A model generated the notes under the pieces. The model was not told the origin of the DNA, did not search any database, and saw only the letters and a list, made by a program, of their open reading frames with translations. A program made the position numbers and the translations under genes. A stretch of 64,000 nucleotides of DNA from Marsupella aquatica (taxonomy: Eukaryota > Plantae > Marchantiophyta): positions 6,410,963 to 6,474,962 of the forward strand of contig OZ316893.1 in the NCBI GenBank assembly GCA_973895155.1, given 5' to 3'. Within the stretch, counting starts at the first letter, position 1; each line of letters starts with the position of its first letter. Positions 12,054 to 23,516 of this stretch are shown here, piece by piece.

Positions 12054-15000
12054 CTAGCTTCTACTATCAACGACTATAGTGTCCATCATTGCATTTTGAA
12101 TGATTCGTCTTGTTTGTACAGGGAGAGTACTATTTGCCAATAACGCAAAGTTATATGCATAAACTGCAGTTTCTGCTAGGGACAGTTCATCCTCCAGTAC
12201 TTTGTTAGACAAAGCCTCTTTCTCCGGATAATATTTGCCTTCAATTGCAGACTCCTCTTCCGAATCCATTGCATACCAAGTGATTTTAATTCGCTCGGGG
12301 ATGTCGTTAATTTTTGTGAAAATCTCAGTCACTTTTGCCATCCAGAATGGTCTTCCCTTTGGATCCTGATGGGCAGCAACACATATCATTGCAAATTTAG
12401 TATTCACCTCTAGATCCTTGAAGTCTCCAATTTCCGTGACTTTTCTCCGACTTCCGGAATACATGACTGTCCTCACACCCGCTATTTTATCAACCAAGAC
12501 AAGTTCCATTGCTGCTTCCGTAGGATTGGTCATAGGTTCTCTCTGTACGTTTACCTTGGGCCAACTCCAATCAAAACTCCATTGTGCAGGTTTCAAGTGG
12601 TGCTGAATCACTTCTTTTTGTTTGTCGAAAAAATGACCCCACCATAGCCGATCTTTGTCGTCAAAGTAATTGAATTCATCTTCAATTGCTCTCCGATACT
12701 TTTGAAGAGTCAAAAATGATTTTGCGCCGCTCGCTTGTCTTGTTCCTCAGTATCATTCTCTTGATCATCATTGTCTCCTGTCGCTCCCGTGGCCGACTTC
12801 AATGCCATTTGTGGTGCGACCCACATTCCAAATGAAGGAATGTACCAAACAAATTCCACGGGGTCTCCCCAATCTATTGTCGTGGAAAGATGTTTGGCAT
12901 GGAAGACAGACCGAGCACTCCCATCTTCGAGTACTCTGGTAATCCGAAATTGTTTCTAAGCACTTATGCCGTGGAGAGTACGCAAAACTTGACCATCCAT
13001 ATCCTTGTCATTTGCTTGATCCTTGTCAGACACAATTTTTTTGAAATCGGCAACCTCATCGACAAAAAATATTTTTGCCGTAGGATTGTAGGATTCCTCT
13101 ATGATTGCAGAAAGAGTGTCCAATCGAAAAGCTTTTTGCTTGTTCAATTTTGAAGAAAACTTGCTAAACATTTGATCAATTTGGTCATGGGTGTGCCCAA
13201 CCAATAGAAATCCAACCTTTATTTTTTGGAAAGCACCTATCTCCACCAACATGTTCAAATATGTCATAAAATATTTATTCTTGTTTTCCCGAGCAGTGTT
13301 ATCAAGCTAGAGGTAAAGCACTGGAGGGAGCGGACCTTCCCAGGTATTCAGAATATGCTGAATAACATGGATGGTCAGGTTGCTATCATTGTGAATATTT
13401 GGATAGTTCAAAAAAACATTTGAACTTAATTGTTTGTTGAAGATCAAACAACCCACTACGTGTACAGGGATGAAATACTTCTCATCCATATTCTTTGGAC
13501 ATCGAATGAAATGAGGTAACTCTATCTTCTTTTGATCCATTCCATCAATATAGATGCCCAAATATTTCTCCGGACTCTTGTAACATTTGCTCCGGTGCTT
13601 TGCTAACTTCTCCCTCTCCACTGCTTGTGCCTTCCAATGCTCGTTTAGTAATGTTGAGAATTTTCCTACAATAATAAAAACATTTAGAACTTTGCTGGCC
13701 TGACAATGATAAATTTATCGGGTTCAGTATTCAAACACTTGATTCGATAACCATAATGTTAAACCATGACAGCGATAAATTTATCGGGATAAGTATTCAA
13801 ACAATATATTCACACATTACCAAAGAAGAAGCATGGGAATACTCAACCCGATAAAATTATCGGGGATAAGTATTCAAACTGTTCAAACGATATATTCACA
13901 CACATTACCAAAGAAGAAGCATGGGAATACTCAACCCGATAAAATTATCGGGAGTAACACACGGGTTTAGAAACTTACTCTTTTCTGCTTCGAGTGTTGC
14001 CTTATCACGAAGTGCTTTGAATTTAGTACACGGGGCGCAGGTGGAGAAACGACTCCTTTTGGGGATGCGCACGCGAGGAAACTCCTTGTTCCAAATGCGA
14101 ACAAACCACGAATATGTCACGCCTTGTTCTTGGCGCATTAGAGTTTCAGACTGGAAGGCATCAAAAACTTATGTTTTTGTCCAATTGTCAGGTAAATGAA
14201 AGATATCCTTGTTGGGGAGACTCTCTACATTTGTGGTAAAAAAATCATCCAACCACTGAACAAGACCAAGATGTGCGGTCGATTTTTCTCTACAAAATGT
14301 ATCGATCTGTATCCGAGAAAACATGTTCTTCGAGATTTTTTGGAGACGATTATTTCCTACGGAAAATAATTTCTTAAAACCACTCTGACAAAAGGATCTA
14401 CCGCTAACTGAGTAACCACTTGCACCGGCATGCCCACCCTTCACACATTCTCTTAGAAGTACATTCTTCTCTTGGTAGGATAGCCCATAGTAATATGTGC
14501 GTTGTTTTGTCACATCTTGCAGACCCAAATTCCTCAGACAAAAATTATCACAACATGGATACTTATAAATTTCTTTCATTTTGTTTCTATTCAATTTATC
14601 ATTTGTCACATTGTCTTTCCTAGTAATTCGGTCTCTATCTTTTTTACTAGGCTCATTTGACTTCTCTATAGACTGAAATCCGATGAGAACATTGGCATTT
14701 TCCTCTCCTTCAGGTACCTCACGAATAGATGCATCATTCTCTGCTGAGCTACCATCCTCCATAGATCTCCTCAACACATTTAGAGGGGCACTGAAAAGGT
14801 GACTAAAACTATTCCCTTCTACAGCTCCTTCTAAACATTCAGACACAACTTGTGCTATGATATCGGATTCTCTATCTCCTTCCTGATCTTCATCCTCTGA
14901 TCCACTCGACTCATCTGAAAACACAATTGGACTCCGTGGCTCTCTATACATAACCCGAACACCACTAAGACCTCTCCTCGACACTTGGAGCCTGGAACCA

Positions 15001-15531
15001 ATCACAGTTCGCCCTGGAGAACTTGGAGAATCTGAACGGTGAACTATTCACACGTGCAGTCCCAACAACTCCGCAAGCTGCAGGAAAATTGAGCACTTAT
15101 TGACCACGATTCCCATGGACCATTCGGGAAAGGGCCGAGTCTGGACAAGTTCGCAATCCAATTCCCTCGCTTGCTCGCACGTCCAGTCCAGGCAATGCAA
15201 AGACCGATCGCCATATCGGTCTTTGTATTTCTACCTCCTGATCCTCACCCGGAGATTGAAAGATCCGTCGTTGAACGTGTGTTGAATGTGGCAACTTGAA
15301 TGCTGAGTGCGATACGCGTATCGGTTGTCGGATACCCTCTCCATAACCCGGGATGGATGGCCTGAAGCGACGTCTCGGACCTAAACCTGGGATTGTAATT
15401 TTCTCATTCCTTGGCGATGGAACGCTCAAGAGACGACGCTTCTCAGGTTTACCAGGTGACACATAGTAAGAACTGGGCTCAGAACCAGAACTTGCATCAG
15501 AATTGGAATCAGCGTCAGAAAATTCGGGCAC
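12054..15531 (-). pseudogene. DUF7869-type (Sola-like) DDD transposase
   Basis: RFSTCAPC (CxxC)...H, then IYIDGMDQKK, VLYL*LDNTARENKN and FLLVGHTHDQIDQMFS, giving three candidate catalytic Asp motifs. In-frame intron at 13666-13978. Stops at 14169, 13307 and 12956 and a frameshift near 12715. The 5' end is uncertain. Confidence 0.82.
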
Positions 15532-16602
15532 TATCTGCTATGAGAGAGGTAGAGCTTTAAGTATGCGACTTGGCAAACACCGAGCGACAACATTAGGAGA
15601 GGATTCAACTGAACTTGAAGGTGAATTTATGTCTGATTGAGACATGGCTATCCAAGACACTATGGGGCTTTGCATTCCTCCCTCAATTAGGGAAAACGAA
15701 TGGCTCAACCGACAAAATGTTGCTCCAAGAACACAACTCCCGAAACTCTACTCTAGATAATGACGCCAAAAACTTATCGGCGGTGGCCCTTTTATAGTGT
15801 CTGTTGAGGGGTTGGCCCACGTGGCCACTTTTGATTGGCCGTCTCGCTAAACAACAAAATAGCAGAGAAGGGTATAATTCTTGGATTTCCAATTTGATTC
15901 TTAAACGTGCATCGTGGAGAAATTATGTAGTTTTGAAATTGCAGCGATAAATTTATTTGATGTTGGTATTGCAAAAAGTGTTTTCTTAATATGGATAGTT
16001 GCAATTTTGAAATTTAACCAATGAACCAAAAGATCTTAGTATTGTCGGCAAGTATTTTTGCCGTTCGGAGTTGCCGCGATAATTTTATCGGACTGCGCAT
16101 TGTTGTTGAGACAACGACATGTTGACTATGCATGTATGTGGTTACTATGGTCAATTGCGGAGGTAACTGCAAGCTAGGTAAGTTTGACAAACTGTGCGGT
16201 AATTTCTTATCGACTATGATGTAAAATAGTTACGGTAAATAACCAAAAACTAGGGAAATTGAGATTCGTCCGGAACTTTCATGGTTGAAATCCGAAGTCC
16301 GATATAGGTATCGGACTTTGTTTGAAAAGTGGATATGGATTTCTAGATAAGACGTTTCATATATCTTTGGAGAGCGTGAATATGAGGTTCTAGCGAACGT
16401 TTTTCAGATCTAATTTTTCCTTGATAAATTGAATGTTTGTGACCATTAATTTCAGTGGTTCGGACCATTCCTGAATTTCCTGATTCAATCCGAACTCCGA
16501 TACAGATTACATTATTTCCTCAAAAACCTGTTTTTGATAAAAAAACCACCGATTTCGCGAGATTCGGCGGAAAATGAAAACACATTTCTCGTTTGTAGAT
16601 AT

Positions 16603-16629
16603 AGTTCTCGTTCGGTCAGAAATCGTCTT
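16603..16629. repeat. Right TIR of the 12.1-kb element
   Basis: Reverse complement matches 4536-4562 at 22/27 positions; followed by the ATGC TSD. Confidence 0.88.
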
Positions 16630-16730
16630 ATGCCATGGTCAACAATTAAGCTTTTTAGCTCCTCAAACGAATCAAACATCTGGCCTATCTTCAATCGAGT
16701 AGACCAGTCAGAACCAGTATGGCGACTCAT
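16630..16730 (-). pseudogene. MuDR/MULE transposase 5' fragment
   Basis: MSRHTGSDWSTRLKIGQMFDSFEELKSLIVDHG matches the MuDR N-terminal motif l.vGq.F.s.eelk. It continues in frame at 4531 once the insertion and one TSD copy are removed. Confidence 0.85.
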
Positions 16731-17689
16731 CACTGCCCTACAAATTAAAACAAATCCAATCAAATCTTAGCAGAAAGACTCGGTTGCCACCACATGTTGC
16801 AGCAGGCAAGCATAGCTTTTGTCTCGGTTGAAGTAAGCACAACATTAATGTCCTCATAGCACCCACCATATCCTACAGAAACAGTATACTACAGAGCAAG
16901 AAAAGTTCAGCAGCATTGAAATCATACCTTTCCAACACAACATGCACTTCTAGAGTTCCAGAGTGAAGAGCGCTCTTGTACATGTATGAAAAGGGTGATC
17001 CTTCCAAAGCTCCTTTAGCTTGGCCAGACAAACGTGTAGCAAGAAACAACTCAATCAAGAGTTCATTTTATCAGATGCAGCCTCGTCGATTCGTTTTGTC
17101 ATGCAGCAACTTGAGCATTAGCAACATCCTTGCTCGTGAATGGTGAAGGAGAAACAAATGAGCTCAAGTCTCAGCTTTGCTGGCTGGGGAGGGGGGAGGG
17201 ATTGATGGAGAACCTGGGTCGCAGTGTTGCTGGCTGCGTTGCCGGGGGGGGGGGAATCGATCGACAAGCTGGGTCCACATTGAAGGCGCGGCCGTGGCCA
17301 GGGCTCCCATAGGCAGCTGTAATTGGGGTTCAATGGGGGGCCTATGTGCGGGGATTGAGGCTGCAAGCTGGGTGGGAGAGAAGGTGTGCTCGCGGCCATG
17401 ACTCCCACATGGAGGGCCTATGTGCGGGGATTGAGGCTACGAGCTGGGTGGGAGAGAAGGTGTGCTCGTGGCCACGACTCCCACATGGAGCTGGAATTGT
17501 AGTCGATGGGCCAAACATGGTCCTTAGGTGCACAGTCGGGCAGGGCAACGAGATCGACCATGGGGGCAGCCAACCCACCCCTGTGTAAGTGGATCCAAGG
17601 GTGGTCGCGGTGAAGACGAGGGCACGAGTAGCCGTTTGATCTGGACATATGGAGTCGCTACAGCCGTCAGATCCTGAAAACTTAACTCG

Positions 17690-17832
17690 AGTTACTTTTG
17701 TAAACCCATAAGCAAAATCCATGGCATAGTGCTAAATAGAAAAAACCATGGCAATGTATGTATCATGTCATAAAACAATGGCAATGTAGTAAAACCCAGT
17801 ATTGTTTTAGTGGCAAAATTTTAGTACATTCC
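17690..17832. repeat. Probable MULE terminal inverted repeat (one end only)
   Basis: Minus strand starts GGAATGTACTAAAATTTTGCCACT, with internal repeated (C/A)ATGGCA(A/T) motifs of the kind seen in MULE TIRs. The partner is not in the window. Confidence 0.55.
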
Positions 17833-19503
17833 ATCTCTACACCCCTAAGGATAGTGTGGATTCATGTGGTCACTTGAGGGTGGAGTCTACATGTGGGTCA
17901 TCTGACCTGAAACCTCCTCCCTCAATCAACCCCAATTTAGAAATGGTGGGAAAAAGATATAATAAAGATATGGCCGCCCAATCTTTCCTCCAAAGGGCCA
18001 GCCAACCTACCCACCCACCCATCAATCACGGTATACTTGACTCATCAACCCACAGTGAATCCCATGGCAAAGTTAATCCAACCCATCCGTCCGGGACACA
18101 AGTCACCTTCTCTACTCATCCAAGTGGTCCCCAGTCCTACAACTCTTGCCACCCGTAGACCTACACGCGACCTTCTTAGTATAAAATGGTCCCCAGTCCT
18201 GCAACTCACGGCACCGCTTATCGCCCTATTTTTAAGTACTGTCCTTTATTGCGCCTGCCGTCCACCTGGAATCTTGGAAGATCTCAACATCGTCCCCGTT
18301 CCTTGCCGGTCTGGTCGTCCCTTCCTATACCAACTAGTGGCTTCAAGAACAAGACTCAACCACGACCAGAACACGACCGGGAGTACCGGATGCTCTAGGG
18401 CTGGACAAGACGATGGCGATGGGAAAAATGCAAGGGAATCACGGCAGGAATGCAGGATCAAGGCGATTGTGGTGTCGTCTTTGCCATTTCTACTTCAAAT
18501 TTATCATCAAAGTTTGCATTCAGGGTGATATTCTATGAAATTTTTTGTGGCAAACAAAATAAAATTGCAATACAGAAATTTTGAACATTAATTTACGATT
18601 GCGAGTGCAGTTTGAAAGTTCTTGAAATTGGAAACATTGCCAGAGTTGATGATGGTGGTCACTAATGAATATGGATTGATCGGCAAAAGGAAAGGGAACA
18701 AATCGATCTATTGGAGAGATTTGTCTACCAGTTAGAATTGTTTGTCGTTTTTGTCATTTCTATTTCAAATCTATTGACAAAGTTTGCACTCAGGTTGAAA
18801 TTTGGTGAAAGTTTTGAAGGAAAATAAAAAACAAATTGCACTCAAGAGTGAGGCAATGCTACAAAGATCTTGTGTTGCCTTGGAACGTTGATTTACGACT
18901 GCGAGAGTGTGGCCTAAGGGTTATCAATGTCGGGAAGATTGCCAGAATTGTTAATGATGGCTCCTGATGAACAAAGATGGATGAATAAATTAAAAAGGAG
19001 AACTGATATGGTGGAAAGATTTTCGTGAGCTCCTCTCCAGTAAGAATAGTCCACACAAAGCAAAATGAGAAGATTAACAAATTTGATAACAATGGGCGAA
19101 TGATTGACTAGAGGCTTTTGTCCGGACACCATGCACACAAATTAAACTCAACAGCAGAGAGAAAGAAAATAGGACAACAAATAGATATACAAGATAAATG
19201 GTACATTTTTCCAATTACCCCGCACAAACAAAACAAGAAGCATTGTGCAATCGTTCTCATTGAAACAAACAGACAATCTGTTGAGGTCGAGAAACAATCT
19301 CGTGTGTGATTGCTTTCTAAGAATTCAAAAGTTGCACAAACCAACCTGGTGCTTTCTAAGAATTCAAAAGTTGCACATCGATCAAAGGCCAACCTGTTAC
19401 ACTTGAAAGAACAGAGGCTACGTTGTAACAGAACGATGTCTCCACACATGTAGAGTTAGTTTTGTCCTAACAACACACTCTGTGTCCGAAGATGTAGAGT
19501 GAA

Positions 19504-20568
19504 TGTTCCTTCAATTCCCTGATAAGTTGTTTATTGCTCATATTGATCCACTCTCCTATGCGTCTACTCGAGAGCCTGGTACCCTCATCTCCAGAGGTAG
19601 GGTGAAATGAGCCAACCTCTAAACAAAGCATATAGGGGCTGAATTTGGGATAAATAATGGCTTCTTAGCTGTGACCACTAAACCCTGGCTCTCAAAGGGG
19701 CTGATTTTGGAGGGATAAACCATGGCTGCCATATTTGGTATTCCACCAAGACCCTGCATATGTTTGAAGTTTTGAACCATGGTGTGTATGACAACACACC
19801 AGTTTGAGAGGATAGAGATCAAAGAAAAGAGGAGGGGAGGGCCTTGGTGACTGAACTCAATATGCAGACTTTTCTAGGTGGAGAAATGAGGTGCTAAATT
19901 TTGGGTTTAGAGGTCATTGACTCTTACATTGATGGAAATGCTCTTAGTGACCCACTCTCCTATGTAGTCTACTTAAGAGTCTTTTACCTGGCTTTTAGTT
20001 TAATGCTACTAGGGTTTTAGTTCAGTCTGTTAATTATAGGGTTTTAGAGTTTCTTTGCCTCTTTGGTCTCCTTGGGGTTTCTCCCTCGCCCCCTCCCCCC
20101 TTTGTTGGGTCTCTTTCCTTTGGGATCATGTCTACAAGTTTGGTGCTTTTGTTCTTTGCGTATACATTTCCCTGAGCAATCTATCTATCTATGTTACAAT
20201 TTGCTAAATATGAGGCATACCATTCTTGACCTACTCCCTAGAGTGAAACCATATATGTACTATAATTTGCAATGAATGTTAGGTATTGCTCTTAGTCTTG
20301 TGACTCTTGAGCTAACCACAATTAGGCTAACTCAAGTTAGGACTTAGCTAAGGTTAGCGGTAGTGCTGTTGTGTATACAGCCAGGGCTGGTGCCAGTCCC
20401 TGGTGGATCTTCAATTCATTGTTGGAGTTGGGCAAGAGAGAAGTAAAGGTCTCTTGCTTTCCCGTGGACGTAGCCTTGGTCATGACGTGAACCACGTACT
20501 CGCTGTGTTGACTACTTTGTATGGTGTTCTCATGTGCATGGTGTTTGGGATAGGGATTATCCCCAACA
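19504..20568 (+). mobile_element. Solo LTR, Copia-type
   Basis: TGTT...AACA termini with 5-bp flanks GTGAA/ATGAA (one transition). A GGACGTAGCC...GAACCACGTA motif near 20466-20498 is typical of plant Copia LTRs. No internal coding region. Confidence 0.7.
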
Positions 20569-20584
20569 ATGAAGTCTTCCCTCC

Positions 20585-21030
20585 ATGACTTACTCTATAG
20601 GCAGTAATTTTGCTGCATATTTAGAATTTTGTTATGTACTAGGGAGAGGTATCTATACTGTAATTTGTAATCAAAGTCTAGCGTTCATGGCATACTCCAT
20701 ACAATGAAGCCATAGGCTGTAATTTCTTTGGTAAGTTTTTTCAATATTTAGACTAAGATTGTGACTCGGGCCATGCATCTATACTATGCAATCAAAATAT
20801 GTGATTAGTGACCTACTCCGGCTGTACACAAAAGCCATACCCCGTAGTTTCTCTTGTAACAATTTTAAACTATTATTGTGAGTGGGGACGGGCATTTACA
20901 CTATAAGTTGAGGTTTAATTCTATTGTTAATGACCTACACTGTAAAGTGCAGCCATCTGCCATACTTTGTTTGGTAACAATTTTTCTGATAATTAATTAG
21001 ACTATGATTGTGAGCAGGGATGGGGGGTCC
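20585..21030. repeat. Degenerate tandem repeat of about 120 bp, about 4 units
   Basis: Recurring blocks GACCTAC...AGCCAT...TTGGTAA...GACTA.GATTGTGA..GGG at roughly 120-bp spacing. Confidence 0.5.
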
Positions 21031-22288
21031 TATACATCATCAGTTATCAGTGTTGTCGCCTTTAAATTTCTGAATCTCAACTAAGCAACTGAGATGGGGC
21101 CTTTGCACCTTTGCGCATCTTAGCTGGGAAGCTGAGATGAACTCAATCTCAACTGACCTCGCCGAGATGGGCAAACGGACCCAAAAAATAATAATTTTTT
21201 TGAAAATTAAAATAAAACATTTCGGCAAAATCCTGTGTCCATACCATATGGACACATGGCCATCTCAGCTATGGGTACGGACACCCATAGTGAAAATAAT
21301 TCAAAAAAAGTTGGCACGACAACTTGGTGGCCTCTTTGAGATGACGTGACAACTTATATCAGGTTGACTGATAGAGATGACTGATAACTAATAGAGAGGC
21401 TCTTTGTGCACACGCTTGGGTATTCCACTTAGTGTGTATATGCTTAGGCACATATTGTGAGAATAAATGCCAGATGAGTTACTCTAGTGCCAACCTAGTT
21501 TGTGCAGTAACTAAAAAATAAATAAAATTTTGGGCCAAACTAACAAAACATCTTGGAGTTCTTATGAAACCTTGGAAGAATTTTGTCATCTTCATTTAAG
21601 AGTATTCAAAGGTGCCCTGTTGTAAACATTGGCCCTTCAGTGTAAGCATTTGGGAGGGATGGCTTCCCACTGGTGACCCCTATCCCTAACCCTATATTTG
21701 GTAGAAATGGCAGTCAGGAGCAAAACGTCCATTTTCACAACCCCCACCTCTTTATTTGGTAGACATGGCCGCCAAGAGAGAGACAACTATCCTAACCACT
21801 ATTCTCATACACATCAAAGATTCCATTACATGTCAAAAGACCCCATAGATGATTGAGATCTTGAACTCACTTATGACAATACATAATTTTGGAGGGATGG
21901 AGGTCAAAGAACAAAGAAAGCCTTGAACCCCTAAGAGCATCCGCACTGGACAGCCATTCAAGGCGCCCAACAGTGAAAATGCAGGGATTCCTTTGGGAAT
22001 CCACTTTTGGACTCCCCACCGGAACACAACAGGGTTCCGCTAACACCCAGGCCCACTGAAACTCGCTCCCGCCACACCACTTCTGCCCTACAGCAGCAGC
22101 CCTGGCTTTGCCCGCCAACGGACCTCCTGTTTGGCTGAATGGTCGAGATTGAAGGTCGCAGCTGGATCTGACGGACGGAAGGAGGCGATGCTAGGCCCGA
22201 AATCCGTGAACACATTTGATGATGACAGAATTTCTGCCCGAGCTCCTCGTGGTGCTACAGTTTTTGGGGCTGTCGTCGCGGGATCACC

Positions 22289-23305
22289 ATGGCTGGAACC
22301 AATGCTTGGGGGCAAAATTTTGCTAATGCAGAGTTGAAGCAAGTGTGCATGTCCTGGGTGAACATTTCCGAGGACCCCATCGTAGGCGCAGGGCAGAAAA
22401 ATGCAGCATTTTGGGATCGTGTTGCTGCTCACTACAACCATCACCGACCGAAGGGGACTCAAGAGAGGGGAGCGAGATCATTGGAAAGCAAGTGGCAGGA
22501 CCTGAAACATGATGTTGCAAAATTTTTGAGTGTATATAGTGCAGTAGAGGACCTGAGGTTGTCAGGAGCAAATCAGGAGGACACTCTACATAAAGCTCTG
22601 GAATTATATCAACAAAAGAATGCAAAGGGGAAGGAATTTGCCTTCATAGACTGTTGGTACATGCTCAAAGACTGCCCTCGATTTTCGTAGACAGTGGAGG
22701 ACATGGCATCCAAGGGGAAGGGCAAATCTCAGAGCAAGGGGAAGAGTGGGCTGCTAGACAAATCAAATGTGCCTCCAACACCACATTCGCCAACAGAAAT
22801 CATTAACCAGCATGGTGGAGGTCTCTCAATAGTAGATGGAGTGGAATTCAGCTCAAATTCACAGCAGAGACCGATTGGCAACAAGTCTGCCAAGAAGCTT
22901 AAGTCTGAGGAGTGCTCTTTTCGCATTGCAGCTTATGCTCAACGGGATGTGGCAGCCGCCAATGCCAAACGGATGAAGATATTGGAGGATCAGAGCCTAC
23001 ACAACCTGTTTAGTATGAGAGTTGCAGATGTAGACGACGAATGCAGGGAATTCTTTCGAGCTTGTAGAGCCCGAGAGCTTACCAAATTCGCACAGAGAAT
23101 TGAACAGGAAGAGGCTGAGGCTGCTAGAGCTAGTACTAGACGTAGTACATCAAGTTCCTCACCGGAGGTGCCAATTAGTGAGCAGCCTGTTGTTCCAGAA
23201 TTAGTCCAGACTCCAGAAGCCACTGGCCCTGCTGGTAACGAGAATTTCTTCATGAGTCAACTGGAAGTGGAACAAGCACTAGGGAGGGGAAGTCCAATTG
23301 AGTAA
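22289..23305 (+). pseudogene. Harbinger Myb/SANT-like (NAM-associated) protein with one internal TAG
   Basis: FANAELKQVCMSWVNISEDPIVGAGQKNAAFWDRV...RSLESKW...FAFIDCWYML...RPIGNKSAK. ORFs 22289-22690 and 22694-23305 share a frame across the TAG at 22688-22690. Confidence 0.9.
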
Positions 23306-23516
23306 GATCCAGGACATTTCGTAGCTCATAGCTCAATTTTCCACTGCAGATTAACTAATGTATCTGTCCAATTTTGGAAGTTTAGACCAGATTTCAGAAT
23401 TCACATTGTACATGCAGAAATGAGATCAGAATTTGCTCAGAGAATTGTGAAATTGTGATGTTGTGTCCATTTGAATTCAACTTTGTATGTACAATCTCTG
23501 GTGCTGAACTAAATCA

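Larger units (their letters stand above)
4536..16629 (-). mobile_element. 12,094-bp TIR DNA transposon (DUF7869/Sola-like transposase) with methyltransferase, F-box and other cargo
   Basis: TIRs AACACAATTTCGGACCGATCGAGAAGT (4536-4562) and AAGACGATTTCTGACCGAACGAGAACT (reverse complement of 16603-16629) are 22/27 identical. The TSD ATGC lies at 4532-4535 and 16630-16633. Excision restores the MULE frame (...SLIVDHG-MHTTQIIQTY...). Confidence 0.9.
1..17832 (-). mobile_element. Mutator-like element (MULE), partial in this window and interrupted by a 12.1-kb nested transposon
   Basis: A MuDR-type transposase is split into 16630-16730 and 2623-4535. A MULE-like terminus ends at 17832 (minus strand GGAATGTACTAAAATTTTGCCACTAAAAC...). 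The other end lies outside the window. Confidence 0.7.

Noticed and set aside
4536-16629. CACTA/EnSpm or Helitron assignment for the large element
   Set aside because: There are no CACTA termini, 3-bp TSD or Rep/helicase motifs. The TSD is 4 bp and the transposase motifs are DUF7869-like.
16512-16763. 83-aa stand-alone ORF
   Set aside because: It is a chimera of the MULE transposase start reading into the right TIR of the nested element.
17118-18528. Cluster of overlapping GC-rich ORFs
   Set aside because: No recognisable domains. The region includes a 76-bp-period duplication (17341/17417) and TE subterminal sequence, so these are likely chance ORFs.
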